NCBI GenBank assembly: GCA_007694915.1
Contig: REEV01000106.1
Span: forward strand, 23,077 to 87,076
DNA from: Cyanobium sp. PLM2.Bin73
GTDB lineage: Bacteria > Cyanobacteriota > Cyanobacteriia > PCC-6307 > Cyanobiaceae
Length of the DNA stretch: 64,000 nucleotides
Reading direction: 5' to 3'
Shown piece after piece: positions 29,958 through 39,871 of the stretch (positions are counted from its first letter, which is position 1; each line of letters starts with the position of its first letter). The position numbers were made by a program, and so were the translations under genes. The notes below the pieces were generated by a model. It ran no database searches. It was not told where the DNA came from and was given only the letters and a program-made list of their open reading frames with translations.

Positions 29958-30947
29958 ATGGCCCGTCGCGCCCTGCTGGACTTCGAAAAGCCCCTCGTGG
30001 AACTGGAGGAGCAGATCGAGCAGATCCGCCAGCTCGCCCGCGATTCTGAAGTGGACGTGAGCCAGCAGCTGCTGCAGCTGGAGACCCTGGCCACGCGACG
30101 CCGCAAGGAGATCTTCGAAGCCCTCAGCCCCTCCCAGAAGATCCAGGTGGCGCGCCACCCCCAGCGCCCCAGCACCCTGGATTACATCCAGGTGATCTGC
30201 GATGACTTCATCGAACTGCACGGTGACCGCTGCGGCGGCGATGACCGGGCGCTGGTGGGAGGAATCGGCCGCATCGGTGAACGCGGGGTGATGCTGCTCG
30301 GCCACCAGAAAGGCCGCGACACCAAGGAGAACGTGGCCCGCAATTTCGGCATGGCCTCCCCCGGGGGATACCGCAAGGCCATGCGGCTGATGGACCATGC
30401 CGAGCGTTTCCGGCTGCCGATCTTCACCTTCATCGACACCCCCGGCGCCTACGCCGGAGTGCTCGCTGAGGAGCAGGGGCAGGGGGAGGCCATCGCCCAC
30501 AACCTGCGCGAGATGTTCCGCCTGCGGGTGCCGATCGTGGCCACCGTGATCGGCGAAGGCGGCTCCGGGGGAGCCCTGGGCATCGGCGTGGCCGACCGGC
30601 TGGTGATGTTCGAGCACAGCGTGTACACCGTGGCCAGCCCGGAAGCCTGCGCCTCGATCCTCTGGCGGGATGCCGGCCAGGCCTCGGCGGCGGCCGAAGC
30701 CCTGAAGATCACCGGAGCCGACCTGCTGAAGCTGGGCATCGTGGATCAGGTGCTGCCCGAGCCCTCCGGCGGCAACCACTGGGCCCCCCTGGAGGCCGCT
30801 GAAACACTGAAAACGGCCCTGCTGGAGCAACTGGAGCAGCTGGACCAGCTCAGCGAGCAGGAGCTGCTGGACGGGCGTTACCAGAAATACCGGTGCATGG
30901 GCCGTTTCGCCGAGGCGGCAACCCCAGACTCTGCTCACACCTCTTAA
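29958..30947 (+). CDS. accA: Acetyl-CoA carboxylase carboxyltransferase alpha subunit
   Basis: ATG at 29958 ([26 protein letters not shown]). It also has [10 protein letters not shown] and [10 protein letters not shown]. Confidence 0.92.
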   Translation: MARRALLDFEKPLVELEEQIEQIRQLARDSEVDVSQQLLQLETLATRRRKEIFEALSPSQKIQVARHPQRPSTLDYIQVICDDFIELHGDRCGGDDRALVGGIGRIGERGVMLLGHQKGRDTKENVARNFGMASPGGYRKAMRLMDHAERFRLPIFTFIDTPGAYAGVLAEEQGQGEAIAHNLREMFRLRVPIVATVIGEGGSGGALGIGVADRLVMFEHSVYTVASPEACASILWRDAGQASAAAEALKITGADLLKLGIVDQVLPEPSGGNHWAPLEAAETLKTALLEQLEQLDQLSEQELLDGRYQKYRCMGRFAEAATPDSAHTS

Positions 30948-31015
30948 GGTTCCCTCTGGGATCAGCGCCCTGGCGCCCTCCCTGCTGTCCGCTCGATCCC
31001 TCCGCTCGATTCGGT

Positions 31016-31726
31016 TTGCCCGCCGCCCTGATCACTGGAGCCTCACGGGGTATCGGCGCCGCCACGGCCCGCCGCTTCGCCGCTGCCGGCTATCAGCTGA
31101 TGCTCCTGGCCCGTCCCTCCAGCGACCTCAACCAGCTCTGCGACGAGCTGGCCAACGGTGGCTGTGACGTGCACAGAGCCGGCGTCGACCTCAGCGATGC
31201 CGAGGCTGTCCAGCCGGCGCTGCACGCTCTCCTCCAGGAGGGGGGTACGCCGGATGTGGTGATCAACAACGCCGGCATGGCCTACACCGGAGCACTGGCG
31301 GAGATGCCACTGAGCCAGTGGCTCACCCTCATGCAGCTGAACCTCACAGCCGTGTTCCAGGTGTGCCAGGCCCTGATCCCCGGTCTTCGCGCCAGGGGCG
31401 GCGGGCAGATCATCAATGTGAGCAGCCACGCCGCTCACAACGCGTTCCCCAACTGGGGAGCCTATTGCGCCAGTAAGGCGGCACTGACGTCCTTCAGCCG
31501 CTGTCTGGCGGTTGAGGAACGCGCCCACGGCATCCGTGTGAGCACCATCACCCTTGGTGCGGTGAACACGCCCCTCTGGGATAGCGAAACCGTCGACAGT
31601 TCCTTTGATCGGCGTGCCATGCTTGATGCGGAACGAGTTGCCGCTGCCCTGCTCTTCCTGGCTCAACAACCCGCCACTCAGGTGGTGGAAGATCTCACCC
31701 TCATGCCCGCCGCCGGCGCGCTCTGA
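31016..31726 (+). CDS. Short-chain dehydrogenase/reductase
   Basis: It has the TGASRGIG cofactor motif, NNAG, and the catalytic YCASKAAL. The start is uncertain: I chose TTG at 31016 because it sits just before the Rossmann strand and the track start overlaps accA. Confidence 0.75.
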   Translation: MPAALITGASRGIGAATARRFAAAGYQLMLLARPSSDLNQLCDELANGGCDVHRAGVDLSDAEAVQPALHALLQEGGTPDVVINNAGMAYTGALAEMPLSQWLTLMQLNLTAVFQVCQALIPGLRARGGGQIINVSSHAAHNAFPNWGAYCASKAALTSFSRCLAVEERAHGIRVSTITLGAVNTPLWDSETVDSSFDRRAMLDAERVAAALLFLAQQPATQVVEDLTLMPAAGAL

Positions 31727-31734
31727 GTTCCATC

Positions 31735-32478
31735 ATGACGTCCACCCTCCCTTCCAGTTTCAGCTCCGCTGAAACAACACCCGACTCTGCTCCTCGCGCG
31801 GTCAGCCTGCGTATCCGCGAGCGGCTCGATGCAGCCGGCATCCCCTACCTTGCCAACGACAACATCTCCGACCATCTCCTGGATGGGGAGCTCGACCAGC
31901 TGGAAATCGAGGTGGCGGGCAAGATGCGTGAGCTGCTGCGCAGCCTGGTGATCGACATCGACAACGACCACAACACCGAGGAGACGGCGGAGCGTGTCGC
32001 GCGCATGTATCTCCACGAGGTGTTCAAGGGTCGTTACCACCAACAGCCGAAGATCGCGAGCTTCCCCAACGTCAAGAAGCTTGACGAGATCTACACCGTG
32101 GGGCCCATCACGGTGCGCTCGGCATGCTCCCATCACCTCGTTCCCATTCTTGGCAACTGCTGGATCGGCATCAAGCCGGGAGCCCGTGTAATCGGCCTCT
32201 CCAAGTTCACACGGGTGGCCGATTGGGTGTTCTCCAGGCCTCACATTCAGGAAGAGGCTGTGATGATCCTGGCCGACGAGATCGAGCGGCTGTGTGAGCC
32301 CCAGGGTCTCGCGATTCTGGTCAAAGCCCAGCACTACTGCATGAAATGGCGAGGAGTGAAGGAACCCCAGACCAGCATGGTGAACTCCGTGGTACGTGGC
32401 GACTTCCGCCGCGATCCCAGCCTCAAGGCCGAGTTTTTTGAACTGGTGAAGCAGCAGGACGCTCTGCTGACCACCTGA
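31735..32478 (+). CDS. folE: GTP cyclohydrolase I
   Basis: The conserved motifs are NTEETAERVARMY, RSACSHHLVPILG and KAQHYCM. Confidence 0.92.
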   Translation: MTSTLPSSFSSAETTPDSAPRAVSLRIRERLDAAGIPYLANDNISDHLLDGELDQLEIEVAGKMRELLRSLVIDIDNDHNTEETAERVARMYLHEVFKGRYHQQPKIASFPNVKKLDEIYTVGPITVRSACSHHLVPILGNCWIGIKPGARVIGLSKFTRVADWVFSRPHIQEEAVMILADEIERLCEPQGLAILVKAQHYCMKWRGVKEPQTSMVNSVVRGDFRRDPSLKAEFFELVKQQDALLTT

Positions 32479-32487
32479 ATTTCCTGA

Positions 32488-33162
32488 TCACCCCTGGCTG
32501 CCCAGTTCCAGGGGGTCGCGCCCCGGAAGGCACCTGAGCAGCTGCCGCACCCGCTGCAGGTCTTTGTCACCGGGGCTCCGTTCCACGCCGCTCGAGGCAT
32601 CCAGCCCGGTGGGCTGCACCTGCCTGAGGAGCTCCGTCACCCGCTCAGGCCGTACGCCGCCGGCCAGCCACCAGGGCAACGGGGCCTGCCAACCCTGCAG
32701 CCAGTCCAGCGGCACGGCATGGCCCGTCCCACCCAGCTGGCCGGACACCCAGGCATCCAGCAGCAGGGCATCCACGGCGCCGGCATAGGTGGCGGCCCGC
32801 TGCAGATCCTCAGGGCTGCGCAGTCGCAGCGCCTTCCACACCTGGCAACCCAGCTGCCCCCGCAGCTGCCGGCAGGTGTGGGGAGATTCCTCGCCGTGCA
32901 GCTGGAGCACCTGGTGGCCCATCGCCGGGTCGAGCTCCGCCAGCTGCTCGGGGCTGGGATTGGCCACCACCAGCACGCCCAGGCAGGCTGGAGCCACCGC
33001 CCGCACCGCCGCAAACAACCCTGGCCGGTCGGCGGCGGCCAGAAAGCGGGGCGAGCTGGCCACGGCGATCACACCGATGGCATCCACCCCCAGCTCGGCC
33101 ACGGCAGCGGCCTGAAGCGGATCGCGCAGGCCGCAGATCTTCAGCAGGGGCGGCGCGGGCAC
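32488..33162 (-). CDS. trpF: Phosphoribosylanthranilate isomerase
   Basis: GTG at 33162 gives VPAPPLLKICGLRDPLQAAAVAELGVDAIGVI... The longer track ORF would overlap the divergent M50 protease gene. Confidence 0.85.
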   Translation of the reverse strand: MPAPPLLKICGLRDPLQAAAVAELGVDAIGVIAVASSPRFLAAADRPGLFAAVRAVAPACLGVLVVANPSPEQLAELDPAMGHQVLQLHGEESPHTCRQLRGQLGCQVWKALRLRSPEDLQRAATYAGAVDALLLDAWVSGQLGGTGHAVPLDWLQGWQAPLPWWLAGGVRPERVTELLRQVQPTGLDASSGVERSPGDKDLQRVRQLLRCLPGRDPLELGSQG

Positions 33163-33274
33163 GGTGCAGGGGCGTGGGGGGCCCGCCCTTTCTAGGATCG
33201 GAGTTCGGGCGGTCCGCCTTCCAAGGGCGAGCCACCGGCAAGCATCAAGACCGCCAAGCAACAAGGGGCACCGC

Positions 33275-34582
33275 GTGGGAGAAGGCTGGCAGCTGTTCAA
33301 AATCCGCGGCATCCCCCTGCGCATCCACCCCAGCTGGTTCGTGATCCTGGCGGTGGCCACGCTGGCCTTTCAGCAGTACTACAGCCTCAACATCGACGCG
33401 GCCGACCTCCCTGACAGCGGCGGCAACGCCGTGCTCTGGGCCCTGGGGCTGGCCACGGCGGTGCTGCTGTTCGTGTCCGTGCTGCTGCACGAGCTGGGCC
33501 ACTCACTGGTGGCCATCAGCCAGGGCGTGAAGGTGCGCAGCATCACCCTGTTCCTGCTCGGTGGGGTGGCCAGCGTGGAGCGGGAATCGAGCACGGCCAT
33601 CGGCGCGCTGCTGGTGGCGGCAGCTGGACCGGCCGTGAGCCTGGTGCTGGGGGTCGGCCTGCTGGCCAGCACCCATGGTGCGGCTCACCTCTCCCCCCTG
33701 CTCGGGGCGATGGTGCGGGAACTGGGAACTCTCAACCTGATCCTGGCCCTGTTCAACCTTTTGCCCGGGCTGCCCCTCGACGGCGGCCTGATCGTCAAGG
33801 CCCTGGTGTGGCAGCTCAGCGGCAGCCAGCGCCGCGGGGTGGAGGTGGCCAACGCCAGTGGCCGCCTGCTGGCCTACCTGGCGATCGCCATGGGCACCCT
33901 GGTGCTGCTGCGCGGTGGCGGCCTGGGGGGCGCTTGGCTGATCCTGCTGGGCTGGTTCGGGCTCGGGGCCGTGCGCAACCAGCAGCAGCTGCTCAGCCTG
34001 CAGAGCGCGCTCACCAGCCTGCGGGTGAGGGATGCGGCCGGCCGCCGCTTCCGGGTGCTGGAAGCCAGCGACAGCCTGCGCCAGCTCAGCTACTCGCGGA
34101 TCAAGGAACCCAGCCCGGTGGGTCCCGCCGACTGGCTGCTGGTGTGCGACCAGGGGCGCTGGCAGGGACTGATCGACGACAGCGCCCTGCAGGACCTGCC
34201 GGTGCAGCGCTGGGACCACGACCGGGTGGGAGATCACCTCAAACCCCTCGACACGCTCACCGCGATCGCCGATGACGCCCCCCTCTGGCAGGCGGTGCAG
34301 CGGCTGGAGGACCACAACAGCGACCGGCTGCTGGTGCTCTCTCCTGCAGGCCTGCCCAGCGGCACCATCGACCGGCCCGGACTGGGGGAGGCGGTGCTGG
34401 CCAAGCTGGGTATGAAACTGCCGGCCCCGCTGCTGGAGACGGCCCGCCGTCACAACACCTACCCCCTGGGGCTGGCCCTGCCCCAGGTGGTGCGCTCGAT
34501 GCTGGCCTCGGGCGAGGTGGCGGAGGCCACCGACACGGCCACGGATGCGGCCGCCGGCTCGGCCGCCTCAACGCGCCCCTGA
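33275..34582 (+). CDS. Site-2 (M50) intramembrane metalloprotease with a CBS pair
   Basis: GTG at 33275 (VGEGWQLFKIRGIPLRIHPSWF). It has HELGHS, the NLLPGLPLDGG motif and C-terminal CBS-like repeats. Confidence 0.85.
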   Translation: MGEGWQLFKIRGIPLRIHPSWFVILAVATLAFQQYYSLNIDAADLPDSGGNAVLWALGLATAVLLFVSVLLHELGHSLVAISQGVKVRSITLFLLGGVASVERESSTAIGALLVAAAGPAVSLVLGVGLLASTHGAAHLSPLLGAMVRELGTLNLILALFNLLPGLPLDGGLIVKALVWQLSGSQRRGVEVANASGRLLAYLAIAMGTLVLLRGGGLGGAWLILLGWFGLGAVRNQQQLLSLQSALTSLRVRDAAGRRFRVLEASDSLRQLSYSRIKEPSPVGPADWLLVCDQGRWQGLIDDSALQDLPVQRWDHDRVGDHLKPLDTLTAIADDAPLWQAVQRLEDHNSDRLLVLSPAGLPSGTIDRPGLGEAVLAKLGMKLPAPLLETARRHNTYPLGLALPQVVRSMLASGEVAEATDTATDAAAGSAASTRP

Positions 34583-35301
34583 GCCAGAGCGGCGGCGATG
34601 GCCGCCAGCTCGATGGCGCTGCAGGGCTGTTGGCGCAAGGGAGGCAGGGGCAGCCTGCGGTCAGCCGCGTCCATCAGTGCGGCCTCCAGCCCGCTCTCGC
34701 CGCCCGGCAGGGGCGGCAACGCCGGCGGCGGGGTGTTGAACAGCTGGCGCCAGAGACCAGCATCGGGAGCCAGCTGAATCGAGCCGTGCTGCAGCAGGCA
34801 GCCCGATCGCCAGAGCTGGGCGCTGCCGATGCGCTTACGGCCCTGGTCATCCACCAGATCGGCCGCCGTGGCGGTGGCGAAGCAGCTGGCCGCCGCCAGG
34901 CTGGCGGGGCGCTCCCCAAAGCGCAGAGGCTGGCCCAGGGCCGCAAAGGCGTCCTGCAACCAGCGGCAGGCCTGGCGGTAAGCCTGGGGGCGGTTGGCGG
35001 GAGGCTGCGGCCACACCAGCGCGTAGGCCAGATCACCGCCGTGCAGCACGGCGGCGCCACCGCTGGGCCGCCGCACCAGCTCGATGGCACCGCCGGCGGC
35101 CAGCTCCAGCCAGTGGGGCGGCACCTGGCGCTGATGGCGGCCCAGCGACAGGCAGGGCCGCTGCCAGCGGTAGAGCCGCAGCGCCGGCTGAGCCTGTTGC
35201 AGCAACCAGGCATCGATGGCCATCTGCCAGGCGCCCCCGAGGCACACCAGTGGCAGTCCCCGGGTCCAGGCGCGCGGGCTGCCGGGCCCGCCTTCAGCCA
35301 T
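34459..35301 (-). CDS. Lipoate-protein ligase / octanoyltransferase-like (BPL_LplA_LipB domain) protein
   Basis: ATG at 35301. The motifs are RRPSGGAAVLHGGDLAYAL and GRKRIGSAQ (catalytic-lysine region). The 3' end overlaps the convergent M50 protease gene by 124 nt. Confidence 0.7.
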   Translation of the reverse strand: MAEGGPGSPRAWTRGLPLVCLGGAWQMAIDAWLLQQAQPALRLYRWQRPCLSLGRHQRQVPPHWLELAAGGAIELVRRPSGGAAVLHGGDLAYALVWPQPPANRPQAYRQACRWLQDAFAALGQPLRFGERPASLAAASCFATATAADLVDDQGRKRIGSAQLWRSGCLLQHGSIQLAPDAGLWRQLFNTPPPALPPLPGGESGLEAALMDAADRRLPLPPLRQQPCSAIELAAIAAALAQGRVEAAEPAAASVAVSVASATSPEASIERTTWGRASPRG

Positions 35302-35803
35302 CGCCGGCGTCGAGCTGCTGCCAGAAACTGTCATCGATTTCCAGCCCCAGCACCGCCGCCATCTGGGCCAGCCCCTGGCGGCAGTTGAGGCCATGGCCGG
35401 CGGCCCAGTGATCGAGCAGGAACAGGCGGTGGGTGAGCCACAGCTCCAGGGCTTCGGGAGCGAAGCGGATGCCTTCGTTGCGGCTGAAGCCGTGGGGCAG
35501 CAGCATGGCCACGTGGCGGGTGAGCTGGCCACTGCTGCGATCGATCAGCAGGGGCAGCCACGGGTGCTGGGCATCGGCCCGCAGGGTCCACAGGCGCGGC
35601 TCCGGGATCTCGGAGAGTTCGCGGGGATCGTCGTCGGCCCGAGGCCAGTGGTAGTTGATCTCCAGACTGCCGACGGCACTCAGCAGATCGACCGGCGCCA
35701 GGGCGGCCCAGCCGGCCAGGGGGGAAAGATCGAGGTGGCGGATCGCCGCGGCGGACACCTGCAGGGATCGATCCACGGCGGACGGGTCTCGGTCAGTGGA
35801 CAC
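35294..35803 (-). CDS. Conserved cyanobacterial protein, tentatively CRR6/DUF1817-like (NDH-1 assembly factor family)
   Basis: 169 aa from a GTG start, with non-junk composition (LEINYHWPRADDDPRELSEIPEPRLWTLRADAQHPWLPLLIDRSSG...). The family assignment is from memory of the CRR6 pattern and is not certain. The stop overlaps the next gene's ATG (ATGGCTGA). Confidence 0.5.
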   Translation of the reverse strand: MSTDRDPSAVDRSLQVSAAAIRHLDLSPLAGWAALAPVDLLSAVGSLEINYHWPRADDDPRELSEIPEPRLWTLRADAQHPWLPLLIDRSSGQLTRHVAMLLPHGFSRNEGIRFAPEALELWLTHRLFLLDHWAAGHGLNCRQGLAQMAAVLGLEIDDSFWQQLDAGDG

Positions 35804-35932
35804 AGTGGACGGGTGGCAACACGGGCAGGGAGCGGGACCCCAGCATCAAGAGCTGTGACAGGGCCAGGGCGGGAGCTGGACCGTAGCGGGGTGGGGCCGA
35901 AGAATGGTTCAGGTCTCCTGTTTCCTGCCCCC

Positions 35933-36037
35933 ATGGTTTCCGCCCTCAGCCAGACCCAGATCCTGATCGCCCTGGTGGTTGCCGCCCATGCCGGCGTGCT
36001 GGCGGTGCGGCTGAGCGTGAGCCTGTTCAAAGCCTGA
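35933..36037 (+). CDS. psaM: Photosystem I subunit XII
   Basis: A 34-aa single-TM peptide, MVSALSQTQILIALVVAAHAGVLAVRLSVSLFKA, matches the PsaM pattern (..TQ..IAL..A...G.LA.RL...LYK). It is below the ORF-track size cutoff as a stand-alone ORF and lies at the end of ORF 35216..36037. Confidence 0.8.
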   Translation: MVSALSQTQILIALVVAAHAGVLAVRLSVSLFKA

Positions 36038-36039
36038 GC

Positions 36040-36058
36040 GCGCCCGCGGATCGGGCGC
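36040..36058 (+). terminator. Hairpin after psaM
   Basis: GCGCCCG-CGGAT-CGGGCGC, a 7-bp perfect G+C stem starting 3 nt after the psaM TGA. The U-tract is poor (CTCGCCCTT). Confidence 0.4.
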
Positions 36059-36120
36059 CTCGCCCTTGGCAGTCGCCCCCAGGAGCGCTACAAGCGTAAG
36101 GAACTCCGCCTCAGCGCACC

Positions 36121-36597
36121 TTGCGGGCCACTCAACGGCGACTCCATCGCGGGGCCTCTGCTTCTCGCGAGCCCTCAGCCTCCGAGGTCCGTCCCTGGCC
36201 AGCGGATACCGCCCCCGCCCAACCGGGAGGAGGCTCCCCGTCCAGGCCCTCCTTGGTTGAGGCCGGGGCCGTCGCCAGCCTCTCCAGTGAGCGGCGTGAG
36301 TTGATCTGCAGCCTGATCGGTCTCACTGTGAAGCTCGCTCTGGTGGTGGTGGCAGGCACCAGCCTGGTACGGCTGGCCGGTGCCTACCGCGAGCGCATGG
36401 ATCGCCAGGGAGAGCTGGCGGCGGTGCTCCATCTCGAGGAGGGCAAGCTGGCCCGCGCCCGGGAACGCTTCGACGCCCTGTTCACCGTGGAGGGAGAACA
36501 GCGCCTGATCCGCGAACAGAACCAATGGATCGCACCCGACCGTCTGCGGGTGGTGTGGAAGCAGACCCCTGCCGAGTCACCCAGCCAGCCGGACTGA
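36121..36597 (+). CDS. Hypothetical bitopic membrane protein with a coiled-coil region
   Basis: It has a TM segment (LICSLIGLTVKLALVVVAGTSLV) followed by a charged helical region (RERMDRQGELAAVLHLEEGKLARARERFDALF). The start is uncertain (TTG at 36121 or TTG at 36253). Confidence 0.45.
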   Translation: MRATQRRLHRGASASREPSASEVRPWPADTAPAQPGGGSPSRPSLVEAGAVASLSSERRELICSLIGLTVKLALVVVAGTSLVRLAGAYRERMDRQGELAAVLHLEEGKLARARERFDALFTVEGEQRLIREQNQWIAPDRLRVVWKQTPAESPSQPD

Positions 36598-36708
36598 CCA
36601 TCGCCGATGCCGCCGGCTTCTTTCTCTGTGTTGAGGGCCGCCCCTTGATGGCTGAGTTGGCCACGGCTACTCCGTAGGTTGGGCCGCAGCCTCAACGTGC
36701 AGCGCTCC

Positions 36709-37695
36709 ATGGCCCCATCCGCTTCCGGCGAAGCTTCCCCAGGTACCGTGCTGATCACCGGCACCACGTCGGGAGTCGGGCTCCATGCCACCAGGGCCCT
36801 GACGGCACGGGGCTGGACGGTGATCACGGCCAACCGCGATCCGGTGCGGGCAGGATCTGCCACCGACAGTCTGGGCATCCCCCACAGCCAGCTGCACCAT
36901 CTGCGCATCGATCTGGGCGACCTCGAGAGCGTGCGCGCCGGGGTGGAAACCCTGGTGGACTCGATCGGTGGTGATCTCGATGCCCTGGTGGTGAATGCGG
37001 CGGTGTACAAGCCGCGGCTGAAACAGCCGGAGCGCTCACCCCAGGGGTATGAGCTCTCGATGGCCACCAACCACCTGGGCCACTTCCTGCTGATCCAGAT
37101 GCTGCTGCCCAAACTGCAGCAATCCAGTCATCCCTCCCGGCGAGTGGTGATCCTGGGCACCGTGACGGCCAACTCCAAGGAACTGGGTGGCAAGATACCG
37201 ATCCCCGCCCCTGCCGACCTGGGCGATCTGAGCGGGTTCGCCGCGGGCTTCAAGGCACCGATCGCCATGGCCAGTGGCAAGGCCTTCAAGCCTGGCAAGG
37301 CCTACAAGGACAGCAAGCTCTGCAACATGATCACCACCCAGGAGCTGCACCGTCGCCTTCACGCCAGCACCGGAATCGTGTTCAGTTCCCTCTATCCCGG
37401 CTGCGTGGCCGATTCGCCGCTGTTCCGCAACACCCCGGGGATCTTCCAGAGGGTGTTCCCCTGGTTTCAGAAGAACATCACCGGCGGCTACGTCACCCAG
37501 GGCCTGGCCGGAGAGCGGGTGGCCCAGGTGGTGGCCGACCATGACTTCGGTGTCTCCGGGGTGCACTGGAGCTGGGGCAACCGTCAGAAAAAAGACGGCA
37601 GACAGTTCAGCCAGGAACTCTCCGACAAAGCCAGCAATCCCGACACCGCCGCCAAGGTGTGGGACTACTCGATGCAGCTGGTGGGCCTGGGCTGA
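36709..37695 (+). CDS. por: Light-dependent protochlorophyllide reductase
   Basis: ATG at 36709. It has [12 protein letters not shown], the catalytic YKDSKLCN, and the LPOR-specific insertion and C-terminal region ([24 protein letters not shown]). Confidence 0.92.
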   Translation: MAPSASGEASPGTVLITGTTSGVGLHATRALTARGWTVITANRDPVRAGSATDSLGIPHSQLHHLRIDLGDLESVRAGVETLVDSIGGDLDALVVNAAVYKPRLKQPERSPQGYELSMATNHLGHFLLIQMLLPKLQQSSHPSRRVVILGTVTANSKELGGKIPIPAPADLGDLSGFAAGFKAPIAMASGKAFKPGKAYKDSKLCNMITTQELHRRLHASTGIVFSSLYPGCVADSPLFRNTPGIFQRVFPWFQKNITGGYVTQGLAGERVAQVVADHDFGVSGVHWSWGNRQKKDGRQFSQELSDKASNPDTAAKVWDYSMQLVGLG

Positions 37696-37734
37696 AGCCA
37701 GGCCGCGGAGAGACGAAGGATCCCGGAGAAGATC

Positions 37735-38202
37735 TCAGAGGCGACGGCGGAAGCCGCTGCCGAAGCCACTGCCGAACACACCATCGCGGCCATCGTCGGC
37801 GCCGTCCGCATCGGTCTGGCTGAGCTTCCAGACGTTGCGGCTGAGGCGGCGGGCCCGCAGGCCGCCGCGCTCGACCAGCGCACTGCCGGGGCGGGCGCCG
37901 AGCAGGGCTGTGACTTCGGCGGTACTCAGGGGGGCACCGGTCTGGATCGCCAGCCGGGTGAGCTCCAGTCGCTGGCGCAGGGAGGTCAGATCGGCACTGC
38001 CGCCATCGTCAGCTTCGCTCCAACTCCAGTGCGGGCCATCACTGGACTGGCGCAACCTCTGGAACAGACCGAAACCGATCAGAGCCAGGGCCTGCTCGGC
38101 CTGGATGCCACGGGCACTGGCCTCGGCCAGCCAGTCGGCCATCTGTGGCAGGCCAGTCTCATGGGGCAGAGTTGAGTCCTGGGGGATCGTTTCCCGGGCC
38201 AT
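37735..38202 (-). CDS. Hypothetical protein (155 aa), divergent from csoS1D
   Basis: ATG at 38202 with mixed, non-junk composition. The tail is acidic and Gly/Phe-rich ([25 protein letters not shown]). I recognised no family. Confidence 0.45.
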   Translation of the reverse strand: MARETIPQDSTLPHETGLPQMADWLAEASARGIQAEQALALIGFGLFQRLRQSSDGPHWSWSEADDGGSADLTSLRQRLELTRLAIQTGAPLSTAEVTALLGARPGSALVERGGLRARRLSRNVWKLSQTDADGADDGRDGVFGSGFGSGFRRRL

Positions 38203-38351
38203 GGCGCACCTTCAGCCGCTGCCGCGACGGTACCGGCTCTGAAGGCGGGGGCAAGGGGGCAGCGAGGCTGGGCGGTAAGATCCGCCCCAGCCCCGGGTCA
38301 GACCCACAGCGCTCGCAGTCGCGCTGCGTTCGCCCACCTGCCGTTGCCCAC

Positions 38352-39170
38352 TTGCCTTCGCCCCGCCGTTCACGAGAGGACCAGGCGATACGGCGGCGCA
38401 GTGGGCAATCCAGCACTGGGATATTCCCGTCCAGCGGCCCACAGATCACCGGCACCGTGATCGATGCCGGCAGTGACGGCGCCAGCTGCGTGATCACCAC
38501 CGACAGCGAGGGCATCCGGCTGGCGCGGCTGGACAGCCATGTGCAGTCGATCGAGCTGCGCACCTATGTGTTCCTCGATTCGCTCCAGCCCCAGCTGGCT
38601 GCCTACATGGGCACCGTGAGCCAGGGGTTCCTGCCGATCCCCGGGGACGCCTGCCTGTGGCTGGAGGTGTCACCGGGCATGGCGGTGCACCGGGTGACCG
38701 ACATCGCCCTCAAGGCCAGCACGGTGCGCCTGGGCCAGATGATCGTGGAGCGGGCCTTCGGCTCACTGGCCCTCTACCACCGCGACCAGAGCAATGTGCT
38801 GCACTCCGGCGACGTGGTGCTCGAGGCGATTGGCAACACGGTTCAGCAGCGCAGCCGCTGCGAGGTGAGCTGGACCGAGATCATCCGGGCGATCACTCCC
38901 GACCATGCCGTGCTGATCAACCGGCAGAACCGACGGGGCTCGATGATCCAGGCAGGGATGAGCATGTTCATCCTCGAAACCGAGCCGGCCGGCTACGTGC
39001 TGATCGCCGCCAATGAAGCCGAGAAGTCCTCCAACATCACGGTGGTGGATGTGAAGGCCGTGGGCGCCTTCGGCCGCCTCACCCTGGCGGGCCGCGAAGG
39101 GGACGTGGAGGAGGCGGCGGCGGCGGCGATGCGGGCCATCCACCACATCAACGCCACCGCCCTGGGCTGA
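38352..39170 (+). CDS. csoS1D: Tandem-BMC-domain carboxysome shell protein CsoS1D
   Basis: [57 protein letters not shown]...[55 protein letters not shown] is near-identical to the known picocyanobacterial CsoS1D. There is no in-frame ATG upstream. The start is TTG at 38352 or GTG at 38457. Confidence 0.85.
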   Translation: MPSPRRSREDQAIRRRSGQSSTGIFPSSGPQITGTVIDAGSDGASCVITTDSEGIRLARLDSHVQSIELRTYVFLDSLQPQLAAYMGTVSQGFLPIPGDACLWLEVSPGMAVHRVTDIALKASTVRLGQMIVERAFGSLALYHRDQSNVLHSGDVVLEAIGNTVQQRSRCEVSWTEIIRAITPDHAVLINRQNRRGSMIQAGMSMFILETEPAGYVLIAANEAEKSSNITVVDVKAVGAFGRLTLAGREGDVEEAAAAAMRAIHHINATALG

Positions 39171-39209
39171 GCCGCTCAGCTCTGAGGTGGATCTCAGATG
39201 AGGCGGATC

Positions 39210-39791
39210 TCAGGCCTCGAGGGCCATCAGACGCCGCAGGCCCGGGGCCAGCTGGCGGGCGGCCTTGCCGCGGCTGCCGAGGCGGCTGCGCAGGTGCTGG
39301 CCCATGCGGGCGTAACTGCTGCCGGCCTCACGCACGTAGAAGATCGGGTCGTAGCCGGCACCGCTGCCATCCGGCTCACGCAGCACCAGGCCGTGACACA
39401 TCCCCTCCGACTCCAGCACGGTGGTGCCGCTGGGATCGGCCAGGGCCATGGCTGTGACGAAGCGACCGCCGCGGTAGAGCCCATCGCCCAGTTCACGCAG
39501 GAGACGGTGCACCCGTTCGGGATCGCTGGGGGCGTAGCGGGCGGAATAGAGGCCCGGGGCGCCACCTAGAGCGTCCACCTCCAGACCGGAGTCGTCGGCC
39601 AGGGCCCACTGGCCGGTGAGGGCCGCCACGGTTTCGGCCTTCAGGCGGGCGTTTTCGGCGTAGGTGCAGCCCGTCTCCTCGATCTCCAGCCCCCGGGGTT
39701 GCTGGCGCACCTCGAGATTCAGTCCCTCGAACATCGCTCCCAGCTCGGCCACCTTGTGGGGATTGCCACTGGCGATGACCAACACCGGCAT
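39210..39791 (-). CDS. rdgB: Non-canonical purine NTP pyrophosphatase (RdgB/HAM1)
   Basis: ATG at 39791 (MPVLVIASGNPHKVAELGAMF...), with the FGYDPIF-like motif (GYDPIFYV). It occupies the classic position between csoS1D and csoS1 in alpha-cyanobacteria. Confidence 0.88.
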   Translation of the reverse strand: MPVLVIASGNPHKVAELGAMFEGLNLEVRQQPRGLEIEETGCTYAENARLKAETVAALTGQWALADDSGLEVDALGGAPGLYSARYAPSDPERVHRLLRELGDGLYRGGRFVTAMALADPSGTTVLESEGMCHGLVLREPDGSGAGYDPIFYVREAGSSYARMGQHLRSRLGSRGKAARQLAPGLRRLMALEA

Positions 39792-39871
39792 CCGCGCCCT
39801 GCAATGCCCGTCATTGTGTCTCAAGGCCCACACAAGCTGACGGCCAAGCATTCGCTAACGATTTATGTGGC

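Noticed and set aside
39175-39213. A direct repeat, GGATCTCAG x2, plus a small CTCAG/CTGAG palindrome between the convergent csoS1D and rdgB genes.
   Set aside because: The repeats are only 9 nt, and the stem is 5 bp with a 2-nt loop, which is sterically implausible. It may contribute to a weak bidirectional terminator, but this is not supportable from sequence alone.
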